The translations under genes and the position numbers were made by a program. A DNA stretch of 37,325 nucleotides from the NCBI GenBank assembly GCA_002269645.1, contig NIVC01004709.1, positions 1 through 37,325 of the forward strand, given 5' to 3'. This stretch comes from Macrostomum lignano. Its lineage: Eukaryota. A model generated the notes under the pieces. That model saw nothing but the letters and a program-made list of their open reading frames with translations, searched no databases and was not told where the DNA came from. This document shows, one piece after another, positions 22,015 through 33,007 of the stretch. Position 1 is the first letter of the stretch; each line of letters begins with the position of its first letter.

Positions 22015-22992
22015 ATGCCGAGCAAGCGGCCGCTCAGGCGGATGCTGTTCCGCCAGCGAAGTCGCGGCGCTTCGCTCGCCACCGTCAGTCCAGACGATTG
22101 GTCACCGCTGCATCCGCCGGAGCCGCCGATGCAGCAGCAGACACGGCCCCTGTCGATGTCGCCTGATGCTGGCCTGCATCAGCAGAAGTACCAACAGCAG
22201 CAGAAGCAGCAGGAGAAGAAGCTTCAGTACCATGATTTAAGCTGGAACAATACGGAGATCGACCATGACAGTTCCGAAGGACCAGCTGGTTTTTCAGGCG
22301 GCGAGGGTAGCCAGTGCAGCGAGGATCAAGTTGAACGATTGGCAAAGTGCCAGAAGTCGCTTGATAAGCTGGAGTTCTCCCTGAACAACATGATGCTGGG
22401 GCTCAGCTTGGCTCCGAGGAACCAGCGGCGATTAGCCGAAGCCGACAGGTTCCTGACCGATCTGGTGGACAGCATCCGGGCCAACCGGACCAGCCGGCGC
22501 CCGCGGAGGCGGCCAGATCAAGCAAAGACATCAGCTCAGCAGGCGAATGCGCTGCAGACGCCGATGCGGCGCAAGCTGGAAAACGAGAGTCGCGCCCTGT
22601 GGCGGGCGCAGCACATCGGTGCACGCTGTGAAGACACAGTGGACCGTTACATGCTGGATGTGGTCATGGACCGGCTCGGCGAGATGGCCGCGGTGGACAA
22701 TGGCAGAGACAGAGGGCGGCAGGGAAAGCAGAAAAAACAGCCGGGCGGTCGAGGTCGACAACCTAATCGACGGCAGCAGTCGGGCACCTGCGGCAGGTGC
22801 GGCGGTATCGTTACGTCCATTAAGAAGAGTAGCGAGGGCGAGGGCGAGCTCTCCGGCGAAGGCTACGACGAAAACGCCGATAATGATTACAGTGGCAACC
22901 GACACAACAGCTGCAGCATGCTGAGCTTCGGCGCCAGCGGAGCTAGCGGTGGCATCAGCTTCCCAAAACGACTGCCAAACAGCCTGGGGTGA
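22015..22992 (+). CDS. Hypothetical protein (~325 aa, Q-rich and helical segments), no family recognised
   Basis: Long GC-rich open frame flanked by AT-rich DNA; first ATG at 22015. A GTGAGT at 22989 may mean the 3' end is spliced. Confidence 0.6.
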   Translation: MPSKRPLRRMLFRQRSRGASLATVSPDDWSPLHPPEPPMQQQTRPLSMSPDAGLHQQKYQQQQKQQEKKLQYHDLSWNNTEIDHDSSEGPAGFSGGEGSQCSEDQVERLAKCQKSLDKLEFSLNNMMLGLSLAPRNQRRLAEADRFLTDLVDSIRANRTSRRPRRRPDQAKTSAQQANALQTPMRRKLENESRALWRAQHIGARCEDTVDRYMLDVVMDRLGEMAAVDNGRDRGRQGKQKKQPGGRGRQPNRRQQSGTCGRCGGIVTSIKKSSEGEGELSGEGYDENADNDYSGNRHNSCSMLSFGASGASGGISFPKRLPNSLG

Positions 22993-23288
22993 GTCATAAC
23001 TTGCGTACTTGCACTTTAGTCTTTATCTCGTAAAGACGTGTTAAGTAGTACTTTAAGAATATTAATCGTATTTGCGTATGTCCTGAACAATTCTCGAGTG
23101 CTTATTTTTATCTAGGGAGGATTTATACGTAAACCAGATTAAATCAAATCAACTCAAACCTAACGTAGCGCAACGAACTGATCAAATAACGCAGGCTCGA
23201 TGATGCAAACAACGCTGACTCGCAGGAGCAGCCAAAGCACAATTCGCAGCTGCACCAGCATCGCAACGTTCGGGATAACATCACCGAC

Positions 23289-24269
23289 ATGGAAGCTTCG
23301 CAGGACCAGTGGACGCTGCGCACCTGGCAGCCGACAGCCGCCCAGTCTAGCGGCACTAACAACAACAACTGCTGCCAGCGAACTGTACCGGCGGCTGTCC
23401 CAGCCGCAGACCCGGACGCAACGCTGCAAACTCCAGCGCCCAACAATACCAGCAGCGACAGTCGTCGGGTTACCACCCTGGCGGCTAGCGTTGCGGCCTA
23501 CCGTCGCGGCTCTCTCCGATACGCCAAAGCGTTGCGTGTGGCAGCTTACTTGCGCGATCTCTGCCGCGAGTTTTATCGGACTGGCTGCGGAGGCCGCGCG
23601 CCGCCGGTTGCCCACGACCTCGAGTGGGTGCTGAGCAGCCTGACGGAGCTGGTTACTATGCGCGACCGGGCTGTGGCGCTGGCTGTGCGCTGCACTGGCT
23701 GTCCCGCGCTGTGTCCAGCCGAGCGCCTGTCCAGCCCGCAGCTTTGCCGGCTGCGCCGTCTCTTGAAACTTGCCTGCACAAAAGGCGACTGCAAAAGCGG
23801 CAGCGGAGGCCTCCTCGACCTCGTTGATGCTCTGGCCGACTCTGACAATAGACCTGACCGATGCCGGCTGCTGCGTCAGCTCCGAGAAGTTGCCGCCTAC
23901 TCGGACGGACCAGACGCCAACTATCGGCGCCTCATCAATGCCATGGCCGGTCAGACTGAGCTGGCCAACTGCGCGTCAAATTACGCGGCACATCAGCGTC
24001 GGATGTGCGGCACAGCGCCGCCTGTGGTGCCGGGGCCGCGCGGTCTCACTCGAGCAGACATGCGCGCCCTGGCTATCGATCTGGCGCCGATAGAAGCGGC
24101 TGCATCGGCGCCTTGCCAGCAACGGCGACGTCGGCGACGACCCCTTCGGCGCAGTGCTGCTGCAGCGTCACCGCTAACGAAGGCGCTGCACAACCCGGCG
24201 GAGATGCGACGCCGCCTCCGGATGCACCAGTTTGCCACTGGCGCTTCGCTGGCTGTCAAGGCCGAGTGA
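23289..24269 (+). CDS. Hypothetical protein (326 aa, Cys-containing helical), no family recognised
   Basis: Long GC-rich open frame with AT-rich flanks. Start uncertain: ATG 23200 in another frame could be joined by a -1 shift. Confidence 0.6.
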   Translation: MEASQDQWTLRTWQPTAAQSSGTNNNNCCQRTVPAAVPAADPDATLQTPAPNNTSSDSRRVTTLAASVAAYRRGSLRYAKALRVAAYLRDLCREFYRTGCGGRAPPVAHDLEWVLSSLTELVTMRDRAVALAVRCTGCPALCPAERLSSPQLCRLRRLLKLACTKGDCKSGSGGLLDLVDALADSDNRPDRCRLLRQLREVAAYSDGPDANYRRLINAMAGQTELANCASNYAAHQRRMCGTAPPVVPGPRGLTRADMRALAIDLAPIEAAASAPCQQRRRRRRPLRRSAAAASPLTKALHNPAEMRRRLRMHQFATGASLAVKAE

Positions 24270-24572
24270 GTTACAATGCGACCCAGTTTGGCAAGAGGAG
24301 GCAAGAAGCCTGAAGTTTTCCTTAGAACAATCTCCAATTAGTATGATTTTCAAAAAATTAGTGAGGCAAAATGCGGAGCATTAGAGAGACATCATGCCAG
24401 CAAAGTAGAGGGGATCAATCAATTAAATCATCAGAAATTGAGACTGAGGGGTCCATTGCAGGGGCGTAGCCAGGTTTTATAATTGAGGGCCGGGTCTTGC
24501 GCCAGTACCAAGAGCCGCCACCTCTCAAAAGTATCATGGCAGGCGCGCCATCTAGGGGGCGCCATCTTGGGA

Positions 24573-25138
24573 GCACCAAGGGGCTTTAGCACCAAGGGGC
24601 TTTAGCACCAAGGGGCGCCAGCACCAAGGGGCTTTAGCACCAAGGGGCTTTAGCACCAAGGGGCTTTAGCACCAAGGGGCTTTAGCACCAAGGGGCTTTA
24701 GCACCAAGGGGCTTTAGCACCAAGGGGCTTTAGCACCAAGGGGCTTTAGCACCAAGGGGCTTTAGCACCAAGGGGCTTTAGCACCAAGGGGCTTTAGCAC
24801 CAAGGGGCTTTAGCACCAAGGGGCTTTAGCACCAAGGGGCTTTAGCACCAAGGGGCTTTAGCACCAAGGGGCTTTAGCACCAAGGGGCTTTAGCACCAAG
24901 GGGCTTTAGCACCAAGGGGCGCCAGCACCAAGGGGCGCCAGCACCAAGGGGCGCCAGCACCAAGGGGCGCCAGCACCAAGGGGCGCCAGCACCAAGGGGC
25001 GCCAGCACCAAGGGGCGCCAGCACCAAGGGGCGCCAGCACCAAGGGGCGCCAGCACCAAGGGGCGCCAGCACCAAGGGGCGCCAGCACCAAGGGGCGCCA
25101 GCACCAAGGGGCGCCAGCACCAAGGGGCGCCAGCACCA
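24573..25138. repeat. 16-bp minisatellite in two variant blocks (gcaccaaggggcttta then gcaccaaggggcgcca)
   Basis: Period 16, ~35 units, abrupt switch near 24920. Confidence 0.97.
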
Positions 25139-26023
25139 AATTAGTTGCTGGGGATAGGTGAAATGATTAACAGGGGGCGCCTAATCAGCGAGCAAGGCTC
25201 CCCCTGCCCTCCTCCCTGGTCTATTGGGGTTTGGTGCCTGTTTTCTCGCGTGAGCAGACTACCGATGTGTGCAATATAAATAATTATCGAAGTGGATATT
25301 TAAAAAAACAGTTAATCCCGACGCATTTCAGAGAAGGCTTCCCAAACTCGTGAACTGACTTCTCGTCTCGCTGACTTCATCAATTTTCTAAGCAACGACA
25401 GCCTACCAGACTCCGGCGGATGGGAGACACCCAGCCGAAGCTTCACTCCCTAAAGCAGCATATTTTTGTGAAATCAGCTCAAAAACATTTCCAGACAGTC
25501 TTTAGTCCTCAACCAGTTTAGTCTCTGTGCCTCGACTGATTAATTTTTACATACCCGCAACTTAACCCTGCCCATGCACCTGCCAATGACAAGGCAGGGT
25601 CATTGTTGACAAAAGCAGCTAAGACAAGGATGCAGCAAAACTACTGTGCGAAAATCAATAAACCCTAAAAAATAAAGGACTACTTATTAAAATTCTGTTT
25701 CACCAACACTGCTCGGACGTGTTTTGGTTTCCAGTTCATTCGTAACAGCTCTGCTACTTCCAAGAGTTTAGAGTCCACAGTGAATTCAGCTATAGAATTG
25801 ATAGTAGTTGTTTAAAAGCATAAGCACGTTTATTTTTATGCATTTCATATATGTAGGCGTACTGTATGATAGAAAATAAACACAGTGCATAGAGCAAGCA
25901 ATTTGTTCCCCAAATTCAGATTTCTTTATCCAAAATACTCAACAGCGGTCGGATCAGTACTGGAACGGCATATAATTTCGAATTTCTGTTGACTAAAATT
26001 ATTATCGATTTAAAATAAAATCA

Positions 26024-27654
26024 TCATCGATTTCCCGAGGGCGCCGCGGTCTCGGCCGCCGCCTCCGCCTCCTCCTGCAGCTCCTGCAGCCGGCGCTTCT
26101 CCTCCTTCTCCCTGATCTTGCGGTTTCTCTCCTCGGCCTCGGGTGTGATCAGATTGTGCCAGCGGGCCACCGCCCGGTTCGGCGTCTGCAGCAGCTCGCG
26201 CCAGTGCAGCAGCGGCAGACTGTCAGGGTCGGCGCCTGCGTGCAGCTCCAGAGAGCCGACGGGCCGCTTGAGCCGCAGGGTCTCGGTCTTGTGCACCAGA
26301 GTGATGCGCAGGATGCACGTCTCCAGCATGTCGCGAGCGCCAACTTCGAACACGAACTGCTGGTTGAAGTAGGGATTCCTGGTGCCCGAGACCTGCTTGG
26401 ATCGTTTCACCTGTTCGCGTTTCAGCTGCGGATGCCGCAGGCTCAGGCGCACAAAGGTGTTTGGTAGGGTCTCGAGGTCCGGCTCCTCGGAGCGACCCTT
26501 GGCGACGAAGACGCCCTTGCATTCGATGATGCTCACGGTGAGCGACATGTTCTTGGCGGCGTAGTACAGCGACAGGCAGATGTCGCCTGGCCCGCGTTCG
26601 TCGCGTGGCAAGCCGCGGCGCAGCGCCTTCGAGAAGTCGGCTGTCCGCCCGAGAATCTCGTCCAGACCTTCGCCCAGGCGACGTAGGTGGACAACTTTGC
26701 GTGCCACCATGTCGTGCTTGATTCCGTAGTCCCAATCGAATACCTCGAACACGACAATCTTCTCCTTGAGCTCTGACTTCTTCTTTACTGGGAAGACGCA
26801 GGAGAAGTTGAATACCGGGTTCCCGCTGTTGCGCACAGTTTTCGACGTTTTTGGCTTTGTGCCGCGCGTCTTGCCAGCAGCCTCGTCCTTCTCGCTCATC
26901 ATGCTCACCACCACGTACGGGTCTAAGCTGTCCAGGCCTTTTGGCAGATCCTGACAGTTGGACACGGTCACTATGAGGTTGTCCTTCTTTAGATCGTACT
27001 CCAGCGAGTAGTTGATCATGCCGAACTGGGGCCGGTTTGCGCCGGTCAGGTCCAGGTCTTGTACAGCACTGACTGGGCGGGCGGCTGCATCCGGCTTCGG
27101 CTGGACTTGCTGCGGCAACAGCAGCAGTAGATGAGCAGCGCTAGCAGCAGCAGAAAAATGAGACCGATACCGGAAAATATTAAAATAATGGCCCACAGAG
27201 GCAATATTTTGCGCAGCTTCTGCCACAGAGTAGCGAAAAAGTTTTTCTGCTTCTTTTTCTTCTTTTTCTTCTTGTGCTTCTTGTCCTCTTTAGAGACAGC
27301 TTTGCCCAGCTTTGAGGCTCCGCTGACAACGTCAGAAAGATGCGCACCCTTCTTCTCGATCTGGCTGACCGCTTTACGACGCTGTAGCTCCTTGTGCAGC
27401 ACGGTTTTTAGCTGCCGTAGCAGCTCCTTGTGGTCGCCACCCTCGGGAGGCGGTGCCAACTCTTCTTTTGATCGTCTCTCTAGGCCAATCTCGCTGTCTT
27501 CGTCGTCCAGGTCTGGAACCTCTTCCAGCTGAATGGAGTCGGCACCGGCGGCGGGGATGGCGGTGGCCACAGCGGCTACTGGCGGCGGCGACGGCAGCAG
27601 CAGCGGCAGCAGAAGCAACAGCAGCGGAAGCAGCGGCCCTGCCCGCCGCCGCAT
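26024..27654 (-). CDS. Intronless synaptotagmin-like protein (signal-like N-terminus, luminal domain, TM, CCCC, C2A, C2B) with an apparent -1 frameshift at ~27076
   Basis: C2A: FGMINYSLEYD..L.VTV..C.DLP....DPYV...NPVFN..FEVFDWD...HD. C2B: GDICLSLYY....LTVSIIEC...NPYFNQQFVF...ARWH.L. The TM plus Cys cluster lies in the upstream frame; one extra C in gcccagtc joins the two frames. Confidence 0.85.
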
Positions 27655-30353
27655 CCTTTGTCCGCGTCGGGCCGCCTTTCCCGAGGCTTCGCCGACTGCA
27701 GCGATGGCTAAAAATGGATGTCCGATGGCGTACGCTGATAACTCCCGAGCCAATGCAGTTTTTTAGAAGTGATCTCAGCTGGAAAATTTACTGAGCCTCA
27801 GCGCTGCTGGCTCTGCTTATCCACTGCTTTGAGTTCCAGTCCGCTCTTGTCTTGCGTGTTCAAAAGCCCCAGCCTAGCCAGCGTCTCCCCCCTCTGCGCT
27901 CGCTCGGCATTGTAAAATTTTTGTTTGCGCGCGCATTCTGCAGCGGCTGCAGCCTAGCACAGCACGTGTTCTGCAGTCTCACGTGTGGCAGCTGGGCCCC
28001 TACCCCTAGCCCGCTTGCCTGTCATCCAAGCACGTTTTCTATTCAACAAGCTGCCTGTCCTCTGTTGCTATTCGAAGCGGTTGGTGAAGAAGACGCCTAA
28101 GAATTGAAATCGCATTGTAGGCTCATGCGCCCCCTGCACAGCCAACCGAGATTCGTATTGTTCTGCCCCTGATCTGGCGAGCCTCTCATTTCTCTTCTCC
28201 TGTGTGCAGCCATCGGTTTTGGCTAAACTGTCTTATCTTCTTTCTATTTCTCATCTCTCTGTTACATGCATTTGCACCAACCAACTTGGGTCATGCTATG
28301 CTAAGCATTCTCAATATTACACTGCTGCGCATGCTATTATAATTTACTAACATCTCTACTTTCAGTAGTTATATACTAATAAAGAACTAGCTTAGATCCT
28401 TATGATGGCGTGATAGGTAACATGCAAGATTAAAGAAACAAGTTTTTCTTTCTTAAGTCCCTGGTGAGTCAGCTGCTTCACGCCGACGTTCAATCGTTTG
28501 CTCACAGCAAGATGACTGCTCTTTTGAAATTGGCTCTGCCCGTGCGAGAGCTTCTCCTGGGACCAACTCCCCAATGCTAGGAAGGAAAATCAATTGCTTG
28601 TGAAAGATAAAAGCTCCGCTCTAAACTCTAAGTAATTTTTTGGCGTATAAGAGACAGAATCACTGCTGTAAATGAGTTTCACACCCTGCTGAGACGCATA
28701 AATATATTTATCGTATTGCTGATTGAGATGATGAAACTTTTCCACGTACGTCTGGGTATGTTTTTGTTCTGCAGAAAATAGAAGCCACCTGCTAATCAAA
28801 GGGAAATCGGTGCAAAAAACAATTAAAGTCGCCTACAGCTCAACGTTGCATCAAATAGATAGGGGAATCCGTTCCCCAGGGCCCGGAAGGCATAAAGTCT
28901 ACAGCTGTAAGCAAAAACACGCTGTTATCGAGATGCTCAGTCGTCCGAATCAGCCAGCGGAACGACTAGACAGCCGGCCTCCTCAATGGATTCGTTTGTG
29001 TAGCTGAGGTCTGCAGCTTCATCTGTCTGCAGCTGCTTCTGACGCTTCTGTTCGATGAAGAAGAGCTGCGGGTTTCAGTTTTGTGCAAAAATTTTGGTTT
29101 ATTAGCAGACCTTGAGCACGCACTCACACAGACTCACACGGCCTGTGAGGCCGTACATCCGCACCGCATCCAATGCATTTGAATGCTGACAATTTAGGCT
29201 AGGGCTGGTAGGGTTAGTGCTTCGGTTACGGTCCGCAGTCGGGGTCAGAGGAGCTCTGCGGTAAAGGCGTCTGACTCTCAGGCCGCGACCACATTAAAGT
29301 TGTCATGCAGGCTGCCAGACCGTGTTAGCAGACCGTGTTGTCTGCCAAGGTTGATTGGCCCGTCAAAGCGAGACGCCTTGATGCTGCATCGACGACTTCA
29401 TCGGTGCCCAGTCGGCTCAACAGTCTTTACCGGAGGTGCTGCTGCTGACGCTGCAGGCACTCAACTGCCTACTGGTTTAAAAGTACAGGCGCGCCCAGAA
29501 CTTTAGGCGCTCCTTTGTTTTGATTTTTATGCCGGCTTCAAGTTAGACTCATCAAAGATTGAGATGACGGAGAAGCTGGCCCCATAAGAGCGCAGAAACT
29601 CCTAAACAGGGTCATTTAGTATTGCCATTTCAGAACAGATTGCTGGAGATGTCTAAATATATGACCATGCGATTCGTAGACCTCACCCAGCTACGAGCCA
29701 TCTCGAATTTCCTGAAAAAATCTTTTATCAATTTTTTAAACGATATTTTGATTGCGACTGCTCACCCCACCCCCTGCTGGAGGCTGAGGATCAGGTTTTT
29801 AACAAAGCATACTTCAAGATCAGATTTCGACTCGATAATATTATAATAAAAAATGGCAAGGAAGCCTCACAGATGTTGACGAATAATTTAACTCAACCTT
29901 CTCAAACCTAACAGACCTGAGTATTTATTAATAGGACTCCAATCAGGATACTCTGGCTTCGAATCAGTGTTCGTGTTTAGCGTTCAGTTGCCTGATTAAA
30001 AGACATCCTGCGCCCGCTGTTTGCCTTTCTCCGCCTTCTCTTTAAGCTCGTGTCTCTAAATTCCCAGGCAATATCCTTTATCCCGTGCCACAGGTAGCTA
30101 CGCGGTTATCATCACATTCCGTGTCCAGATATTTATTCCAGCCAGGACGACTTGAGTAGGAGAAATGGGAAACTTCGTTTCTTGGAAAACGAATTGCATC
30201 AATTGCAATGCCATTCAGTTTGCGGCAGGCAAGTGTCGTAGACCATTGACACAGCATCAGCATGATTATGTAATCAAGCCCTGCATCATTTATTAAAATA
30301 GTTTCTAAGGGAAAATATTAAATATTAAAAGGATTTCTACAAGTGCAGATCAA

Positions 30354-30590
30354 TTAAAAACCGCTGCTCACATCCTCGTGTCCGGGCAGCTGCAGCTGAT
30401 CCTGCATCAGGCGCATCCGTTTCGTTCTTCGGCATTCGGCGCTGCAACGTCGAGCCTCCGGCGCCTTCGCAGCGCCGATAGCGCCGCGCCGGCAAAGCCA
30501 GGCGCCCAGACGGGTAGCCAGAAGAGTCTCGCGCAGCTCCCGGTGCACCTCAGCATTCACGAAGCAGTAGAGCAGGGCTACCAGGAAGCC
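30354..30590 (-). CDS. Class B (secretin-family, PTH-receptor-like) GPCR, TM7/helix 8 exon
   Basis: Acceptor aacccag|GGC; GFLVALLYCFVNAEVHREL. Either ends at stop 30354 or uses the donor GAT|gtgagc at 30372 to an unidentified last exon. Confidence 0.85.
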   Translation of the reverse strand, partial: GFLVALLYCFVNAEVHRELRETLLATRLGAWLCRRGAIGAAKAPEARRCSAECRRTKRMRLMQDQLQLPGHEDVSSGF

Positions 30591-30687
30591 CTGGGTTGTT
30601 AAGAATGGATTATCAAGATTTCTAAGAATTATTTGCTTTCCTTAATGCTATTCAGCTTCACTGAATAGGTTTCGATTCAGTAGCTAC

Positions 30688-30838
30688 CTGAAATGAGCTG
30701 AAAAAGTGCTCGTAGTAGAGTCGGACAAACTCCAGTTTCGCTCCGAGACGGTCTTTCGGGATCATAGCCACGGGTAGGAAGATCAGGTAGTAGATCCCGA
30801 ATACCAGCACAAGCACTGATGTGGACTTCCACAACTTT
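30688..30838 (-). CDS. Class B GPCR, TM6-ECL3-TM7 exon
   Basis: ttgcag|A ... CAG|gtagct; (R)KLWKSTSVLVLVFGIYYLIFL...YYEHFFSSFQ. Confidence 0.9.
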
Positions 30839-30879
30839 CTGCAATCGATGGAATGGTATTGTCTTCTGTATGCTCCCAA

Positions 30880-31625
30880 GCCATCCACTCCCTGCCCCGC
30901 TATCCAACACCCTCCGTTTTACGGCCACTCCCTGCCCCGCTATCCAACACCCTCCGTTTTACGGCCACTCCCTGCCCCGCTCCAACACCCTCCGTTTTAC
31001 GGCCACTCCCTGCCCCGCTATCCAACACCCTCCGTTTTACGGCCACTCCCTGCCCCCTCTTTTCAAGACCCCTCAGTTTTGTAGCCACTCCCTACCCCCT
31101 CTTTCCAACAGCCCTCAGTTTTACAGCCACTTCCTACCTCCTCTTTTCAAGACCCCTCAGTTTTGTAGCCACTCCCTACCCCCTCTTTTCAAGACCCCTC
31201 AGTTTTGTAGCCACTCCCTACCCCCTATTTCCAACACCCCTCAGTTTTACGGCCACTCCCTACCCCCTCTTTCCAACACCCCTCAGTTTTACAGCCACTC
31301 CCTACCTCCTCTTTTCAAGACCCCTCAGTTTTGTAGCGACTCCCTACCCCCTCTTTTCAAGACCCCTCAGTTTTGTAGCCACTCCCTACCCCCTCATTTC
31401 TCCACCCCTAGTTGTAGCTTCCATACTCTTTCAGTCAGTTTTAAGCCACTCCCTACCTCCTCTTTTCAAGACCCCTCAGTTTTGTAGCCACTCCCTACCC
31501 CCTCTTTCCAACACCCCTCAGTTTTGTAGCCACTCCCTACCCCCTCTTTCCAACACCCCTCAGTTTTGTAGTCACTCCCGCCCCTCCATCCAACACCCTC
31601 AGTTTTACAGCCACCTCACTCCCTG
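30880..31625. repeat. 40-42-bp minisatellite in GPCR intron
   Basis: gccactccctgccccgctatccaacaccctccgttttacg units grading into gccactccctaccccctcttttcaagacccctcagttttgta units. Confidence 0.9.
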
Positions 31626-31703
31626 CTTCAACACTTTACTCAGAGTTTCTTTTAATCCTTAATTAAAAGTGCATTAGTAGAAGCTCGAGAGCGAGGCACG
31701 AAC

Positions 31704-31795
31704 CTATAAGTCTGCGTAGCTTCCATAGCTGCTGTTTGCAGTCTTAATTTTTTGAAAATTTCTCGAACAATTCGAACAAATAACACTGCGTTCAC
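31704..31795 (-). CDS. Class B GPCR, TM5-ICL3 exon (not in ORF track)
   Basis: ttcag|GTG ... TATAG|gttcgt; VNAVLFVRIVREIFKKLRLQTAAMEATQTY(R). Phases 0/2 fit the neighbouring exons. Confidence 0.88.
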
Positions 31796-31949
31796 CTGAA
31801 AAAGACAACAGAAAAATGAAAATGAAAATGAATGTCCGGTATAGTGTTCTTGATAACAATACGAGTATTTGCAGCAGGATAATCCAAATTTGTTTTGCTC
31901 CTGTAAGAGTCCTGTTCTTATTTCTGCTTATCTAAGTTTCTGAACTTTC

Positions 31950-32015
31950 TACAACGTAACGGTGAAGACGTCTGATATCTCGCCACGACCTTGGTTCGAT
32001 TCCGAGTGCCAACAC
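31950..32015 (+). repeat. tRNA-like (B-box GGTTCGATTCC) decayed SINE head or tRNA pseudogene
   Basis: cgtaacggtgaaga...gccacgaccttggttcgattccgag resembles tRNA D- and T-arms, but there is no intact cloverleaf. A second B-box lies on minus at ~34755-34770. Confidence 0.3.
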
Positions 32016-32143
32016 CTTCATTTGGAGCTCGTGCATGAATAATTGGCCAGGAGGGTTTGTACGAGTAGTCGTAGTGCGATTCAAACCCATGAGGGCGAGC
32101 CCCCAAGACAGTGAAGTGTACATGCCTGATGATTAGAAAGTCA

Positions 32144-32242
32144 GGGCTGCTGTACACCCTGTGTGAGCGTGTGCATGAGTGCGCGCCCGCGTACAGTATT
32201 GGTGCGCCTGTATGTTCTCAGGAGTCAGCGGAATGGGCAGAA
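32144..32242 (+). repeat. Dispersed short repeat, copy 3
   Basis: Shares ~90 bp with 1199-1287 (-). Confidence 0.75.
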
Positions 32243-32347
32243 TTGCTTCAGCACTGGCTGGCCTGCAGCCCTCCTGGCAACATTTATGAATTTTAATCAA
32301 CTCCCCGAACAAACTAACAAGGTATTTAACTGACTGGCTCTGCTCAC

Positions 32348-32481
32348 CAGAACCAGCACGCAAAGGTAGGAGTTGATCAGCCAGATGTCCGCTCCGAGAG
32401 GCCTGAACTGTCTCCAACAGTCGCGGTTGTCAAAAAGAATTCGCAGCAGTATCCAGACTGCCGTGATGCACGCTGACGCAC
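32348..32481 (-). CDS. Class B GPCR, TM4-ECL2-TM5 exon (not in ORF track)
   Basis: taatag|GT ... CTG|gtgagc; (G)ASACITAVWILLRILFDNRDCWRQFRPLGADIWLINSYLCVLVL with the ECL2 CW motif. Phases 1/0. Confidence 0.88.
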
Positions 32482-32799
32482 CTATTAGTGAGGCCGTTTT
32501 AGGGAGGAGGCATGAAATAGTGCTTGGCCTGGATTCTGCCAGGGCAGCACTGCCAAGGCTCTATAAAAATCCAGTCAGTAGAACTCCTAAAAAGGGATCT
32601 TAATACCCTGTTAGCCTCAATAGCTATTAATTCGGTTTCTTTATCCGTTTATCTAATCCTCGGATTTTCTTCGAAAGGAGACTTTCGAATCGATGCCTCA
32701 AAGAGGAAATTACGTGTGCTTATTGAGAAGGAGAAAATTCTGGAGTAAATTAGGAAATTGAGCCAACCCGGCTTAAACTGACACGTTAAATGTGAATAG

Positions 32800-32940
32800 A
32801 AGCCGAGGATCTGTGAAGCTGAGGATCTGTGAAGCCGAGGATCTGTGAAGCTGAGGATCTGTGAAGCTGAGGATCTGTGAAGCTGAGGATCTGTGAAGCT
32901 GAGGATCTGTGAATCTGAGGATCTTTGAAACTGAGGATAT
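32800..32940. repeat. 16-bp minisatellite (gaagctgaggatctgt)
   Basis: About 8 tandem units. Confidence 0.9.
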
Positions 32941-33007
32941 GTAAAATGAACTCTAATCAAATTCAAGGCATTGTGAAATATTGTTATCGTGGAAGTTGGC
33001 AGCTCAC

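Noticed and set aside
24459-24474. CAGGGGCGTAGCCAGG as the terminal inverted repeat of a DNA transposon enclosing the 16-bp array
   Set aside because: No matching inverted copy or target-site duplication was found downstream.
24874-25139. Three 77-aa MVLAPLGAGAPWCWRP ORFs
   Set aside because: Artefacts of the 16-bp tandem repeat.
29300-30263. Candidate terminal GPCR exons downstream of the 30372 donor
   Set aside because: Several AG acceptors give only short, non-diagnostic peptides; none can be chosen without transcript data.
30819-31662. Pro/Ser/Phe-rich plus-strand ORFs
   Set aside because: Translations of the 40-42-bp intronic minisatellite.
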